In this document: positions 21,298-30,931 of the stretch, in pieces | How positions within the stretch are numbered: the first letter of the stretch is position 1 | How the letters are laid out: the number at the start of each line of letters is the position of its first letter | Origin: an uncultured bacterium | GTDB taxonomy: Bacteria; Chloroflexota; UBA5177; JANWHV01 | Assembly (NCBI GenBank): GCA_963827235.1 | Contig: CAWHAE010000016.1 | Location: 928,001-992,000, forward strand | Direction of reading: 5' to 3' | Length of the DNA stretch: 64,000 bases | Made by a program: the position numbers and the translations under genes | Notes under the pieces: model-generated | Database searches by the model: none | What the model was told of the DNA's origin: nothing | What the model saw: only the letters and a program-made list of their open reading frames with translations

Positions 21298-22230
21298 ATG
21301 GACACTGCCCCCGGCACACCGCAACCTGCGCCGCCAGAGGGGCACGATCCCAGCTCGTCGTCCGTCCCCTACGCCGCTCGTGACGCCTCCGGAGCCGGTG
21401 CACCAGGCACCAGCCCTTCATCAAAGAAGGACACATGGTCGAGCAGGACTGGCTTCGCAGGAAAATCACTTTGGGATTGGATGCAGCTCTTGCTCATACC
21501 CGTGCTGCTGGCTGCCGGAGGCTACTGGTTCTCGCAGTATCAGGCCGATCAGAATCAGCGGAACGCCGCGGACCAACAGCGAGAGACCGCGCTCAATGAC
21601 TATGTGGGACAGATGTCGAGCATGCTACTGGACAAGCCGGATCCGCTGGCGACACCTGAGCTGTGGGCCCCGGCGCAGGAACTGGCGCGCACACGCACCG
21701 TGTTCGTGCTCCGTGAGCTGGACCCGGCCAGGCGTGCCCTGGTGCTCCACTTCCTCGGCGACGAGCGACTGCTCCTGGTCGGCACAGTGACGAGCTCAAT
21801 ATCGGACAGTGCCGCCATAATGAAGGTGTTGGCTGAGAAGAATAGTGCAACGCGCACCCAATTGCTGACCCCTGTCGTTCGGCTGTACGGTGCGGACTTT
21901 AGCGGTGCCGACGTGCCAAACATCGGACTCCACGACGCCAACCTGGCACGAGTCAATTTCAATCAGGCCGGGTTGCACTCGGCTGACCTGCGTCGGGCAA
22001 TTCTCTGCGCAAGCCAGCTGGCAGGCGCCGACCTCTCCGACGCCGACCTGCGAGGGGCAGTTCTGTACGGGGCAAACCTGGAGAACGCCAACCTCAGGGG
22101 AGCGAATCTTGCCGGAGCTTACGCAGATTGGAAGGACCTCCTGTCCGCCAAACTGGATCCGGCAGCCAGGGCAGAGGTCAGATCCCTCAATCAGCGCGAG
22201 CGGTCAGAGCTGGCGTTTCTGGGCTGTTGA
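21298..22230 (+). CDS. Membrane-anchored pentapeptide repeat protein
   Basis: GKSLWDWMQLLLIP TM, ARTRTV..LRELD, A(D/N)L.. pentapeptide repeats. Confidence 0.88.
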   Translation: MDTAPGTPQPAPPEGHDPSSSSVPYAARDASGAGAPGTSPSSKKDTWSSRTGFAGKSLWDWMQLLLIPVLLAAGGYWFSQYQADQNQRNAADQQRETALNDYVGQMSSMLLDKPDPLATPELWAPAQELARTRTVFVLRELDPARRALVLHFLGDERLLLVGTVTSSISDSAAIMKVLAEKNSATRTQLLTPVVRLYGADFSGADVPNIGLHDANLARVNFNQAGLHSADLRRAILCASQLAGADLSDADLRGAVLYGANLENANLRGANLAGAYADWKDLLSAKLDPAARAEVRSLNQRERSELAFLGC

Positions 22231-22556
22231 GGCTCGCTGCCGAGAACAACAGGCTGGGATTCGGGTCATGCCCTGAGAGTACCTACCCGGATAGGAGATC
22301 GATCACCTTCACCCCTTTGTCTGGTCTTCAGGTCCTCGACGCGCTCCAGCGAGAGGATACGATCTGCTCGTAGGATGGGCGGCGGACTCTAAACCCGCCA
22401 GCAGTGAGTTCGAGTCTCACATGGCGCACTATTCACCGTGATCCCGCTCGGAAGGGGTTGGCTCGTGTTGTAGACTTCCTGGCCTCGCGGCCCGCCGTCG
22501 CTGCTCTTGTTCTAGGTTTCGCGTGTCCCCATTTCCTTCTGCAACCTAGTGGAGAG

Positions 22557-23477
22557 TCAGTCGACCTTCGAATCAGTGCCAAGCCGCTTGCTCGCCATCA
22601 CGTATGCGCGCCATGGTGTATAGCCGAGTCGCCCGTAGAACGTGAGCAGATTGGTCCACCCGATGTGACACACCGTACCGCCGGCGCTCCTGAGCATGTC
22701 GGAGGCCGCGGCAACCAGCGCCGTGCCGATACCCTGTCCCCGGCTCTCCCGCAGCGTCCCTACACACCCGATGGTCGTGACCCCTGGTCCGAGCAGCGGC
22801 TGCCAGTTCTCCGGCTGCCCGGGGAAACCGACGATGAGCGCAGCGGCCAGCCTACCGTCACGTGCGCGTCCGACGAGGATGTCTTCGGGTGCTGCCGCCG
22901 CGTACAGCTCGTCCCAGGTCGGGTACCAGTGCTCGACAGCGTGGGCAGCGAGCCAGTCCCGCTCATCGGCGGTCGCAGGACCGAAGGTGATACCGGTGCC
23001 GGCGGCCAGCTCAGTAACCGCCGAGGGCATGACGAAGTCCGACAGCGAGCGGGTGAGGTCGTAGACATCCATGTCTCGTTCCCAGCCGTTGGCCTCGAAG
23101 AACGCCAGTGCTCCAGGAATGTTGGCTGGGATTCCCGGCCACAAGTACGGACCCCCTCCGGCTGCCGCGATCGTGGACGCTCCCCGCAGGCGGAGCTCGT
23201 TGCATGCGGCAGTCACGAGCGCCGACCCTACGCCCAGGTGCCGAGCTTCCGATCGAACCGCTACCACATTGATGGCGCCACGGAAGCCGTGATCAAGCGC
23301 CACGGCGCCGATCAGCTCGCCACGGTCGAAGGCCAGGAGCGCATCGCCCAGAGTCTTTTCGATAGCGTGTCCGCCAAAGCGCCACTCTGGCGCCAGAGAA
23401 CACTGGATGAGGCCGGTTGCTGCCTGAAGCTCCGTTTCGGTGGAAAGCGGGCGTATCTCGATCTCAAAGTCGGTCAT
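22557..23477 (-). CDS. Tandem-domain GNAT acetyltransferase
   Basis: Two acetyl-CoA motifs (RHLGVGSAL, RGQGIGTAL) and FYGRLGY. Confidence 0.85.
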   Translation of the reverse strand: MTDFEIEIRPLSTETELQAATGLIQCSLAPEWRFGGHAIEKTLGDALLAFDRGELIGAVALDHGFRGAINVVAVRSEARHLGVGSALVTAACNELRLRGASTIAAAGGGPYLWPGIPANIPGALAFFEANGWERDMDVYDLTRSLSDFVMPSAVTELAAGTGITFGPATADERDWLAAHAVEHWYPTWDELYAAAAPEDILVGRARDGRLAAALIVGFPGQPENWQPLLGPGVTTIGCVGTLRESRGQGIGTALVAAASDMLRSAGGTVCHIGWTNLLTFYGRLGYTPWRAYVMASKRLGTDSKVD

Positions 23478-23666
23478 GGGCGCAACCCTCCGTCGCCACG
23501 CAGTGCATCTGACCATTCAATGGTAGCCCACATGTCCGTTACGTTCGCGGCTGAAAGCATACAGCGATCGGTCAAGATGACCGGCAAGCACGCCCTGTCG
23601 ACCCAGGTACAAGGCAGATCGGCAGCGCTGTTTGGCAGCCCGCGTCCCGCTTAGCCAACAATCCCC

Positions 23667-23717
23667 TTGACAATCCGAACCGGTCAGGAGCATAACTGAA
23701 CTAGAACGTATATTCTA
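23667..23717 (+). promoter_or_regulatory. Putative SOS promoter: TTGACA -35 and LexA box
   Basis: TTGACA 23667-23672, weak -10 CATAAC 23691-23696, palindrome TAGAACGTATATTCTA 23702-23717 (GAAC-N4-ATTC, one mismatch to GAAC-N4-GTTC). Confidence 0.75.
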
Positions 23718-23733
23718 ATACTTCGGGAGCGAT

Positions 23734-24708
23734 ATGACGCGATCGCGGACGGCTCGCCTGGCTGCCGCCCTCGACAGCCTCCGGAAACGGTTTGGTGCTC
23801 ACATCATCCGTGCCGCCGCGGACCTCTCCCGCCTCCCCGTCGAAGGTCAGCCCCCACTCTCCACCGGCTCGCTGGGCCTGGATCTGCTCGCCGGCGGCCT
23901 GCCGCGCGGCAGCATCGTGGAGTACGCCGGCGTGGACGGCTCGGGCCGCGAAACGCTCGCCGCTACCGCCCTCGCCCGCGCCCAGCAGCAGGGCGGTCTC
24001 GTCGTGCTGGTCGATCCTGGCAACACGGCCGACCCCGATGCCCTCCTCGCTGCCGGTGTCGATCTGCGCACCCTGACCATCGCCAGTCCCGCTACCGCCG
24101 CTCAGGCCTGGACGATCCTGGACGTGGTGACGCGTTGCGGTGCCCTGGACGCGATCCTGGTCTCCTCCCTCTCCAGCCTGCTCCTGCTGCCCGGTGCCAG
24201 CACCACCGGGCGGGTCGAGAAGCGTCTGGCCCGTCTATGGCTGAGCACCAGAGGGAAGCGCACGTCCGTGCTGATCACGAATACAGCCCTGTTTGGGAGC
24301 GGCCAGACGGTGGGCGAAGCGGGTATGGCTCAGCAGGCATCACTGCGCGTGCTGCTCCAGCCGCGCGAGGTCTGCCTCGGTCCGGCCGGCGAGATCCTTG
24401 GCGTGCGCACCGTTGCCCATGTCACGAAGTACCATGGCCGCCCCTGGGGTCCCGCCCTGCCGCTGCTCATGGGGCCGAGCGGTCCCGACCGAGGCTGGGA
24501 GCTGCTGGACCTGGCCAAGCTGACCGGACGGCTCACGCACACCGGCCTGGGCTACCTGGCCACCGGCGTCGTGCTCGGGCGGTCGGAGGCCCGTGCCGCC
24601 CTCACCCTGCGCGACGACGGCACGCTGGCCGCAGCACTGGAGGCGGAGATACGCGCCTCCTGGCCGCCCGGCACGCCCATGCTCGCTGAGGAGGTGATGG
24701 TGGGATGA
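23734..24708 (+). CDS. Degenerate full-length RecA paralog (ImuA-like role)
   Basis: LAAALDSLRKRFG N-terminal helix, STGSLGLD..GGLPRGSIVE, Walker A GVDGSGRE, RecA-like C-terminal domain. Confidence 0.85.
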   Translation: MTRSRTARLAAALDSLRKRFGAHIIRAAADLSRLPVEGQPPLSTGSLGLDLLAGGLPRGSIVEYAGVDGSGRETLAATALARAQQQGGLVVLVDPGNTADPDALLAAGVDLRTLTIASPATAAQAWTILDVVTRCGALDAILVSSLSSLLLLPGASTTGRVEKRLARLWLSTRGKRTSVLITNTALFGSGQTVGEAGMAQQASLRVLLQPREVCLGPAGEILGVRTVAHVTKYHGRPWGPALPLLMGPSGPDRGWELLDLAKLTGRLTHTGLGYLATGVVLGRSEARAALTLRDDGTLAAALEAEIRASWPPGTPMLAEEVMVG

Positions 24709-25940
24709 GATCGCGACGCCGGCCCGCCCTGCCGCCGGCCATCGTCGCCGTGCTGCTCCTGCCGCCACCCCTGGTGCAGGCCGCCTGGCTGGCCGACCCG
24801 GCCTTGCGACAGGGTCCGCTGGCCGTGGTCGACGAGAGCGACAGGGTGCTCGCCGCCGCTATAGAAGCCGCGGCGGCGGGCGTGGTACCCGGCCAGCGGC
24901 TCGCCCAGGCCCGCATCGCCTGTCCCGACCTCCGTGCCGCGCCGTCGGACGCGCTTGGGGCTACCGTGCTTTACGAGGACTTGTTCCAGGTGCTGGGCTC
25001 ACTCTCTCCAGTGCTGGAAGCAGCCGATCCGGCCCATGGCCTGGTCTACCTCGATGCCCGCGGGATGGACCCGCTGATCGGCGACCTGGCCGCAGTGGCC
25101 GGCGCCGCGCTCGCCGCTGCCACGGCCGAGAACCTCTCCGTGCGCGTGGGCGCAGGGTCACTGCGGCTGATCGCCCTCTCCCTGGCGCAGCGCATGCCTG
25201 CCGATGGTCCGCCCCTCACGCTCGACGTGGCGGCGGGCGATGCTTTCCTGCGCGGTCTGCCGGTTACGGACCCGGTACTGGCCGTGGCGGACGAAGACCA
25301 GGTGCAGCTCTGCGACGTGGGTCTGCGCAAGGTCGGGGACCTGGCCGCCCTGCCCCGCGGCAGCCTCTCTCTGCGCACCGGACCGGCCGTGCTCGCCCTC
25401 TGGGATGCCCTGCACGGCGTGCCGGAGAAACCGCTCCTGCCGTTCAACGTCCCGCCGCGCATCATCGTCACCGATCGCTTCGAGGGCACAACCGATCGTT
25501 TGCTGCTGGAGCGGCTGCTCGGCCGGCTATGCGCCCGGCTCGCGGATCAGCTGCGGACCCGGCAGCAGGCGGCGCGCGTGCTCACCCTGCGCGCCGGCTG
25601 TGAGAACGGCGCCGCGCTCGTGCGACGTCTGGAGCGCTGGCCCGCCCTCTCACGGGAGCTGGAGCTTGCCACCGCGGCGGCAACCCTGCTGGACGGCCTC
25701 TGTGTGCGGCTGCAGGCCACGCCAACGGCGCTCAGCGCATTCGCGCTCGTCGCTGGCGGACTGGTGGCAGCGCCGAGCGAGCAGCCCGCCCTCTGGGGCG
25801 ATCCGCGGGCCGCGCGACAGAACCGCTTGTCGGCGGTGCTGCAGGCGCAGGCGCAGCGGCACGGAAAGTCGGCCTTCCACCACTGGCAGGCCGACCCGCT
25901 GACGGACGACGGCTGGCGTGAGCAGGATGGCATCGCATGA
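24705..25940 (+). CDS. imuB: Catalytically inactive Y-family polymerase (ImuB-like)
   Basis: AAAAGVVPGQRLAQARIACPDL, VYLD, GLRKVGDLAAL; catalytic acidic residues absent; clamp-like EQPALW; ATGA coupling. Confidence 0.82.
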   Translation: MRSRRRPALPPAIVAVLLLPPPLVQAAWLADPALRQGPLAVVDESDRVLAAAIEAAAAGVVPGQRLAQARIACPDLRAAPSDALGATVLYEDLFQVLGSLSPVLEAADPAHGLVYLDARGMDPLIGDLAAVAGAALAAATAENLSVRVGAGSLRLIALSLAQRMPADGPPLTLDVAAGDAFLRGLPVTDPVLAVADEDQVQLCDVGLRKVGDLAALPRGSLSLRTGPAVLALWDALHGVPEKPLLPFNVPPRIIVTDRFEGTTDRLLLERLLGRLCARLADQLRTRQQAARVLTLRAGCENGAALVRRLERWPALSRELELATAAATLLDGLCVRLQATPTALSAFALVAGGLVAAPSEQPALWGDPRAARQNRLSAVLQAQAQRHGKSAFHHWQADPLTDDGWREQDGIA

Positions 25941-26200
25941 CCCGGCGTCTGCGTCCGCCTGTATCGCTGATCGTCGCCTGTGACGAGTCCGGCGCGCCGC
26001 GGACCATTCGCCACGCCGGTCACACCCTCCAGGTGACGCACATCGCCGCGGCCTGGCTGCAGCGGCCGCGCTGGTGGCGTGAGACTGCCACGGCCTCCAT
26101 GCAAGAGACACTGCATTTCCGACTGGTGCTGGATGGCCGGATGGTCTTCGAGATCCACCTCGAGGACGGCGCCTGGTTCATGGACCGAATTCTCGATTAG
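25937..26200 (+). CDS. DUF6504 / ImuB-C-like small protein
   Basis: GAPRTI...V..I...W....RWW....HFRL...GAWFMDRILD pattern; ATGA coupling. Confidence 0.8.
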   Translation: MTRRLRPPVSLIVACDESGAPRTIRHAGHTLQVTHIAAAWLQRPRWWRETATASMQETLHFRLVLDGRMVFEIHLEDGAWFMDRILD

Positions 26201-26223
26201 GGCACGGACTCTTCGACCGTGCC
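26201..26223. terminator. Short hairpin between convergent genes
   Basis: GGCACGG-N9-CCGTGCC; no U tract. Confidence 0.3.
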
Positions 26224-26271
26224 GGGCGGCGGGGCACAGGGATTTCTGCCCAATCTCGCGCATTCACAGCA

Positions 26272-28299
26272 CTAGCCAACCGGCGTCTGCGACGCGGCCT
26301 CCTCAGCCATGGTGATCCACGACTGTACCAAAGAGTCGAGCCGCATCTTGGACTCGCTGTGCTCATCCGCCAGCCGCCGCACTTCCTCGTACCGTTGGGC
26401 CTCGCTCTCCCGCTGCAGCTGCTGTTCGCACGCGGCAATGTGCGCTTCCAGCGCATCTATCTCGGCTTCGAGTGCGCTCAGTTGCTGCGCCCGCTTACGC
26501 GCATCCCTCTGATTGACCAGAGCATCGCGTCTGATGGCCTGCCGGCTTTGAACCAGCACGGTGGCCCGCTCCTTGGCGACAAGTGTCTCGCGTTCGCGCT
26601 CGGCAAGATACTCCTGGTACGTGCCGTCGAACACACGCAACGTGCCGTCCTGAATCTCCCAGATCTGGGTGGCAAGGTGGTCCACCAGGTAGCGGTCATG
26701 CGAGACCAACAGGAGGGTGCCCTCAAACCGATCGAGTCCCTCCTGCAGCACTTCCTGCGCCGTGATGTCCAGATGATTCGTCGGCTCGTCGAGCACCAGG
26801 AAGTTCGATCCGTCTATCGCCAGAATCGCCAGCGCCAGCCGCCCACGCTCGCCGCCACTCAACATGCTGACTTTCTTGTACACGTCCTCGCCCCGGAACA
26901 GGTACTGCGCAAGATGACTGCGCGCATCGCCAAGCGCCATGTTCTGGTGGTTCAGCAGCTCGTCGAGGACCGAGCTCTCCGGGTTCAGCAGATCGTGCGC
27001 CTGCGCAAAGTAGCCGATCGAGAGGCTCGCGCCGAGCCTGAGCTCTCCTGCCGTCGGCGCGACTTCTCCCAGGATAGTACGGAGAAAAGTTGTCTTTCCG
27101 CTGCCGTTTGGCCCGATCAGTGCGGCGCACTCCTGACGGTGTAGCTCGACATGCTCGACCGTGAACAGATCGTTGCCGGGATAGCCAATGTGCACGTCCT
27201 GTGCGCGCAGTACGATGGTGCCGCTCCGCGCGTTCGCCCGTAAGTGCATCGTCGGCTTCGGCGGCCTGGAATCCGGCGGCTTCAGCGCCTTGATCTTCTG
27301 CCAGGCTTCGTCGACGGTCAGGCTGGACACTCCACCCACGCCTGTCTCCGACCACTGCTTGCCCTGAACGCCCTCCAGCCCAAGCAGGTCGATGGCCGCC
27401 AGCTCGCGGCTCAGCCGTTTGAGCTTGCCCTTCGCTTCCACCATCTTTCGCCAGCCGATATACCGCTTGATAAGCTCGATCTCGGATTTCAGCCGTTCCT
27501 TCGCCTCTTCGAATGTCTTGAGGCGCCGCTCCCATCGCTCCTGCCGCTGCACCGTGTATGCGCTGTAATTCCCCCGGTACGGCTCGACGGCGGTCCGGCT
27601 CATGTCCCAGATGCGATCGACGACTTTGTCCAGGAAGTAGCGGTCATGACTGACGACGAGCAACGCTCCCTGCCAGATGCGAAGTCTGCTCTCCAGCCAT
27701 TCCACCGCATCTGCATCGAGATGGTTGGTCGGCTCGTCGAGAATCAGGAGATCGGGCGCTTCCAGCAGCAGGCGGCCGAGCAGCACACGCGTCTTCTGGC
27801 CGCCGCTCAGCTGGCGCAGGGGATCGTCCCACTGCGAGCGCGAAAACCCCAAACCTTCGAGCACTTGAGCGATGCGCACCTCGTAGTCGTAGCCGCCTCC
27901 GCGCTCGAATGCTTCTTGCGCGTGACTGTACTGCGCAAGCAGCTCCTCACCGTGGTTTCCCGTAGCCATCTCAGATTCCATGGCATGCAGTGCCGTGCCG
28001 TGCGCCAGAACGTCGGTGAAGACGGTGAGCATTTCTTCCATGATGGAATGATCGCGCGCCGCAAAGGCATCCACTGCTTCCTGTCGGAGGTAGCCGATCG
28101 TGCGGCCCTGCGCCCGGTGCACCTCGCCCGCCGTCGGCTCGATGAGTCCGGCAAGCACGCGCAGCAGCGACGTCTTGCCGATGCCATTCGCGCCGACCAG
28201 CCCGATCCTGGCATCGTCAGGAACACTCAGCGACAATCCGGTGAAAACGTCGAAGCCGCCAAACGCCAAGCCGAGTCCCTGCGCCGTCAGTAGCGGCAT
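26272..28299 (-). CDS. ABC-F family ATPase
   Basis: Two NBDs (GANGIGKT/LSGGQ/LDEPTNHLD; GPNGSGKT/LSGGE/LDEPTNHLD), long linker, C-terminal coiled coil, no TM. Confidence 0.93.
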   Translation of the reverse strand: MPLLTAQGLGLAFGGFDVFTGLSLSVPDDARIGLVGANGIGKTSLLRVLAGLIEPTAGEVHRAQGRTIGYLRQEAVDAFAARDHSIMEEMLTVFTDVLAHGTALHAMESEMATGNHGEELLAQYSHAQEAFERGGGYDYEVRIAQVLEGLGFSRSQWDDPLRQLSGGQKTRVLLGRLLLEAPDLLILDEPTNHLDADAVEWLESRLRIWQGALLVVSHDRYFLDKVVDRIWDMSRTAVEPYRGNYSAYTVQRQERWERRLKTFEEAKERLKSEIELIKRYIGWRKMVEAKGKLKRLSRELAAIDLLGLEGVQGKQWSETGVGGVSSLTVDEAWQKIKALKPPDSRPPKPTMHLRANARSGTIVLRAQDVHIGYPGNDLFTVEHVELHRQECAALIGPNGSGKTTFLRTILGEVAPTAGELRLGASLSIGYFAQAHDLLNPESSVLDELLNHQNMALGDARSHLAQYLFRGEDVYKKVSMLSGGERGRLALAILAIDGSNFLVLDEPTNHLDITAQEVLQEGLDRFEGTLLLVSHDRYLVDHLATQIWEIQDGTLRVFDGTYQEYLAERERETLVAKERATVLVQSRQAIRRDALVNQRDARKRAQQLSALEAEIDALEAHIAACEQQLQRESEAQRYEEVRRLADEHSESKMRLDSLVQSWITMAEEAASQTPVG

Positions 28300-28879
28300 G
28301 CTAGCTCCGGCCTTTCATCCGATAAACGCGGCCGACGATCCGTTGGATGCGATGCACGTCCGTCCTCATCGCTCGCCACGGGCCAAGCGCAGAGGTTCAT
28401 CGCCGGTGCCGAAACGCGGCCTCCGGCAGCGACAGAATCCCATGTCGATCCGTACCAGCTTCCCACTGCTGCGACCAGCCATAAGCCGCCCGTTGAACGG
28501 CCCGACTGCAGTCCAAATCGCGTCCCCACACCGCTCGTCGCGGGCTGCTCGCCGTGACGTGCGCGGCGAGCATAATGGGACGCTTTAGCCACTCGACCGG
28601 CTGAACCATCGATCGCCGGCGACGGCCCGACCCACGATCCGGTGGCTGGGAGCTTGGGGAATACAGCGAACGTCGCGAGCGCCTACGGGCAGTATACTGC
28701 TTCACCGGCTGATTCGCTCCTGGAGGCATTACCGATATTTGCTCGATCCACGAGGTGGGAAGCGCGCGCTCAGCGTCGCCTCCGGCGTGTTGCGAAGGGA
28801 GGTGTTGAGTCTCAAAGGCACGTGTCCAAAGGACCTTCCTCCCTCTCTGCGCATGTCCGCTGGTTACCGGCCGAGATGA

Positions 28880-30022
28880 CTACCGCAAAGAACGGTAGAA
28901 AGCCCGCAGGTCTTCCACCAGCAGCTCGGGCTCCTCCAGCGCGGCAAAATGTCCGCCACGTGGCATCTGGGTCCATCTCTGGATACGCAGGCTGCGTTCC
29001 GCCCACTCACGTGGCGGCAGCCCTATATCCTTAGGGAAGAGAGCGACTCCAGCCGGAACCTCAATGTGCTGCCCAGCTTTTAGTGGTGGCGACATACGCA
29101 CATTCTCGTAATACATGCGGATGGATGAATTGATGGTTTCAGTCACCCAGTAGATCGTGACATTGGTCAGCAGATCATCCCTGCTGAAACGCCTTTCCAC
29201 GTCTCCATCGCAATCACTCCACGTACGGAACTTCTCTACGATCCAGGCGGCCAAACCAACCGGAGAGTCGTTCAAACCATACGCGAGTGTTTGTGGCTTG
29301 GTCGAGTGCTGTAGCGCATACGCGCCCTCTTGCATGCGCCATTGCTGGACAGCATGGAGATACTGCTTCTCAGCGTCGGATAGGTCAGGTACTTCAGAAC
29401 TCAACGGAAGGCCATTGTCTATGAGGTGGATGCCGACAAGCAATTCAGGATGTGCTACGGCCAGGAGTCGCGTGACGCCGCTACCTATGTCTCCTCCGGC
29501 AGCAGCAAAACGCCGATAGCCAAGTACCTCGGTCATCAATCGCGCCCACAATGTAGCCGTGTGAACATTGTTCATGCCGCGCTCGTGCGGACGATCAGAG
29601 AAGCCAAATCCCGGCAGAGAGGGCACGATGACATCGAACGAATCGGCAGGATCGCCACCGCAGGTGGCAGGGTCAGTCAGCATGGGGATGATCTTGTGCA
29701 TGCGAAAGAACGAATCGGGCCAGCCGTGCGTCAAGATAAGCGGCAGCGGGCAGGGCCCTTTGCCGTGCTCATGAATGAAGTGGATACCAATACCGTCGAT
29801 GTCGGCGCGAAAGTGGGCAAAGCGGTTGAGCCGTGCCTCCTGAGCTCGCCAGTCGAAGTCGTCGCGCCAGTAGTTCACCAGTGTTCGTAGATACGCCCTG
29901 TTCGTGCCATAGGCCCACCCCGCGTCGATCACCTCGTCCGGCCAACGCGTGCTGTCAATCCTGTGCCTGAGATCGGCAAGTACTTGGTCGGGCACCGCGA
30001 TGCTGAATGGCTGGCCGTCCAC
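28880..30022 (-). CDS. Epoxide hydrolase (EHN family)
   Basis: TRWPD, FDWRAQE, HGWP, GGDIG, GGHFAALEEP; GGAGG RBS before GTG. Confidence 0.92.
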   Translation of the reverse strand: MDGQPFSIAVPDQVLADLRHRIDSTRWPDEVIDAGWAYGTNRAYLRTLVNYWRDDFDWRAQEARLNRFAHFRADIDGIGIHFIHEHGKGPCPLPLILTHGWPDSFFRMHKIIPMLTDPATCGGDPADSFDVIVPSLPGFGFSDRPHERGMNNVHTATLWARLMTEVLGYRRFAAAGGDIGSGVTRLLAVAHPELLVGIHLIDNGLPLSSEVPDLSDAEKQYLHAVQQWRMQEGAYALQHSTKPQTLAYGLNDSPVGLAAWIVEKFRTWSDCDGDVERRFSRDDLLTNVTIYWVTETINSSIRMYYENVRMSPPLKAGQHIEVPAGVALFPKDIGLPPREWAERSLRIQRWTQMPRGGHFAALEEPELLVEDLRAFYRSLR

Positions 30023-30042
30023 AGGTACCTCCAATGCGTGCA

Positions 30043-30118
30043 ACACCAGTATTCGTCTATAGCGGTGTTGTACCAGATGCACGCGCCAATTGCAACTGGT
30101 TATCCTGTACACTGGTGT
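30043..30118. promoter_or_regulatory. Nested inverted repeats in the divergent promoter (possible CGNR operator)
   Basis: Outer ACACCAGT...ACTGGTGT; inner ACCAGATGCA...TGCAACTGGT. Confidence 0.4.
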
Positions 30119-30119
30119 C

Positions 30120-30740
30120 GTGGAACACACTGACAGAACGCTGACCGACGCAGTGACGCCACCGGCCTTGCAACGCGTCGAGGCATTCCTCAATACACTT
30201 GACGAGCGCAGCTTCGTGCGACGTGGGCAGCGTCACCTGGGCGGGGACCTGCTGGCCAGCGAGGAGGCGCTCGCCGGGTGGCTGGGGGCACGCGGCTTGC
30301 TGCGTCCGGGCGAGCCGGTGGACCGCGACAGCTTCGCGCTGGCGCTGGCGTTGCGGCGGGCATTGCGCGGGGCGCTCGCGGCCAGGGCCGGACATGGCGC
30401 CGATTCCGAAGCTGCCGCCGTGCTGGAGTCGCTTCCCCTCTGTCTCGGCGTGGACCCGTCGGGCACGGTGCGCTTGCGCCCGCTGGAGGAAGGCAGCGCC
30501 CGCGGAGCGATCGCCAGCCTGGCTGCGGAAGTGGCGAATGCGGTGGCCGCGGGAACGTGGAGCCGGCTCAAGATGTGTGCCAGCGCGGACTGCCGCTGGA
30601 TTGTCTACGACGGCTCACGCAACGGGCTTGGCCGCTGGTGCGCTATGGGCTCATGCGGCAATAGAGCCAAGACCCGTACCTACCGCCGGCGGCGGACCAC
30701 ATCCAGCGCTCCGGCAAACAGGCTGCCCTCGTCGATCTGA
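30120..30740 (+). CDS. ABATE/CGNR zinc-finger protein
   Basis: FLNT, RLKMC...CRW..YD.SRN..GRWC....CGNRAK. Confidence 0.9.
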   Translation: MEHTDRTLTDAVTPPALQRVEAFLNTLDERSFVRRGQRHLGGDLLASEEALAGWLGARGLLRPGEPVDRDSFALALALRRALRGALAARAGHGADSEAAAVLESLPLCLGVDPSGTVRLRPLEEGSARGAIASLAAEVANAVAAGTWSRLKMCASADCRWIVYDGSRNGLGRWCAMGSCGNRAKTRTYRRRRTTSSAPANRLPSSI

Positions 30741-30931
30741 CTGCAGGGGTGCGGTGGTCGACCGCGAGCCCCCAGCCAGAGCGGCTGGGGGCTGCTGGAG
30801 AGGCTTGGGCCGGGGCTAGAAGGGCCTCGGTGCTCGGCGAGACTGGTAGACCAGATTGCTCGCCCGGTCGCCATGCAGGCCGTCTGGACTACCCAAGTGA
30901 AGCACGGACCTCCGGGGAGGGGCCAGCGTCA

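Noticed and set aside
22404-23654. Long antisense ORFs (also 13567-14874, 47853-49331, 37148-38281, 45715-46830)
   Set aside because: Shadow ORFs opposite well-supported genes, expected at high GC, with no recognisable motifs.
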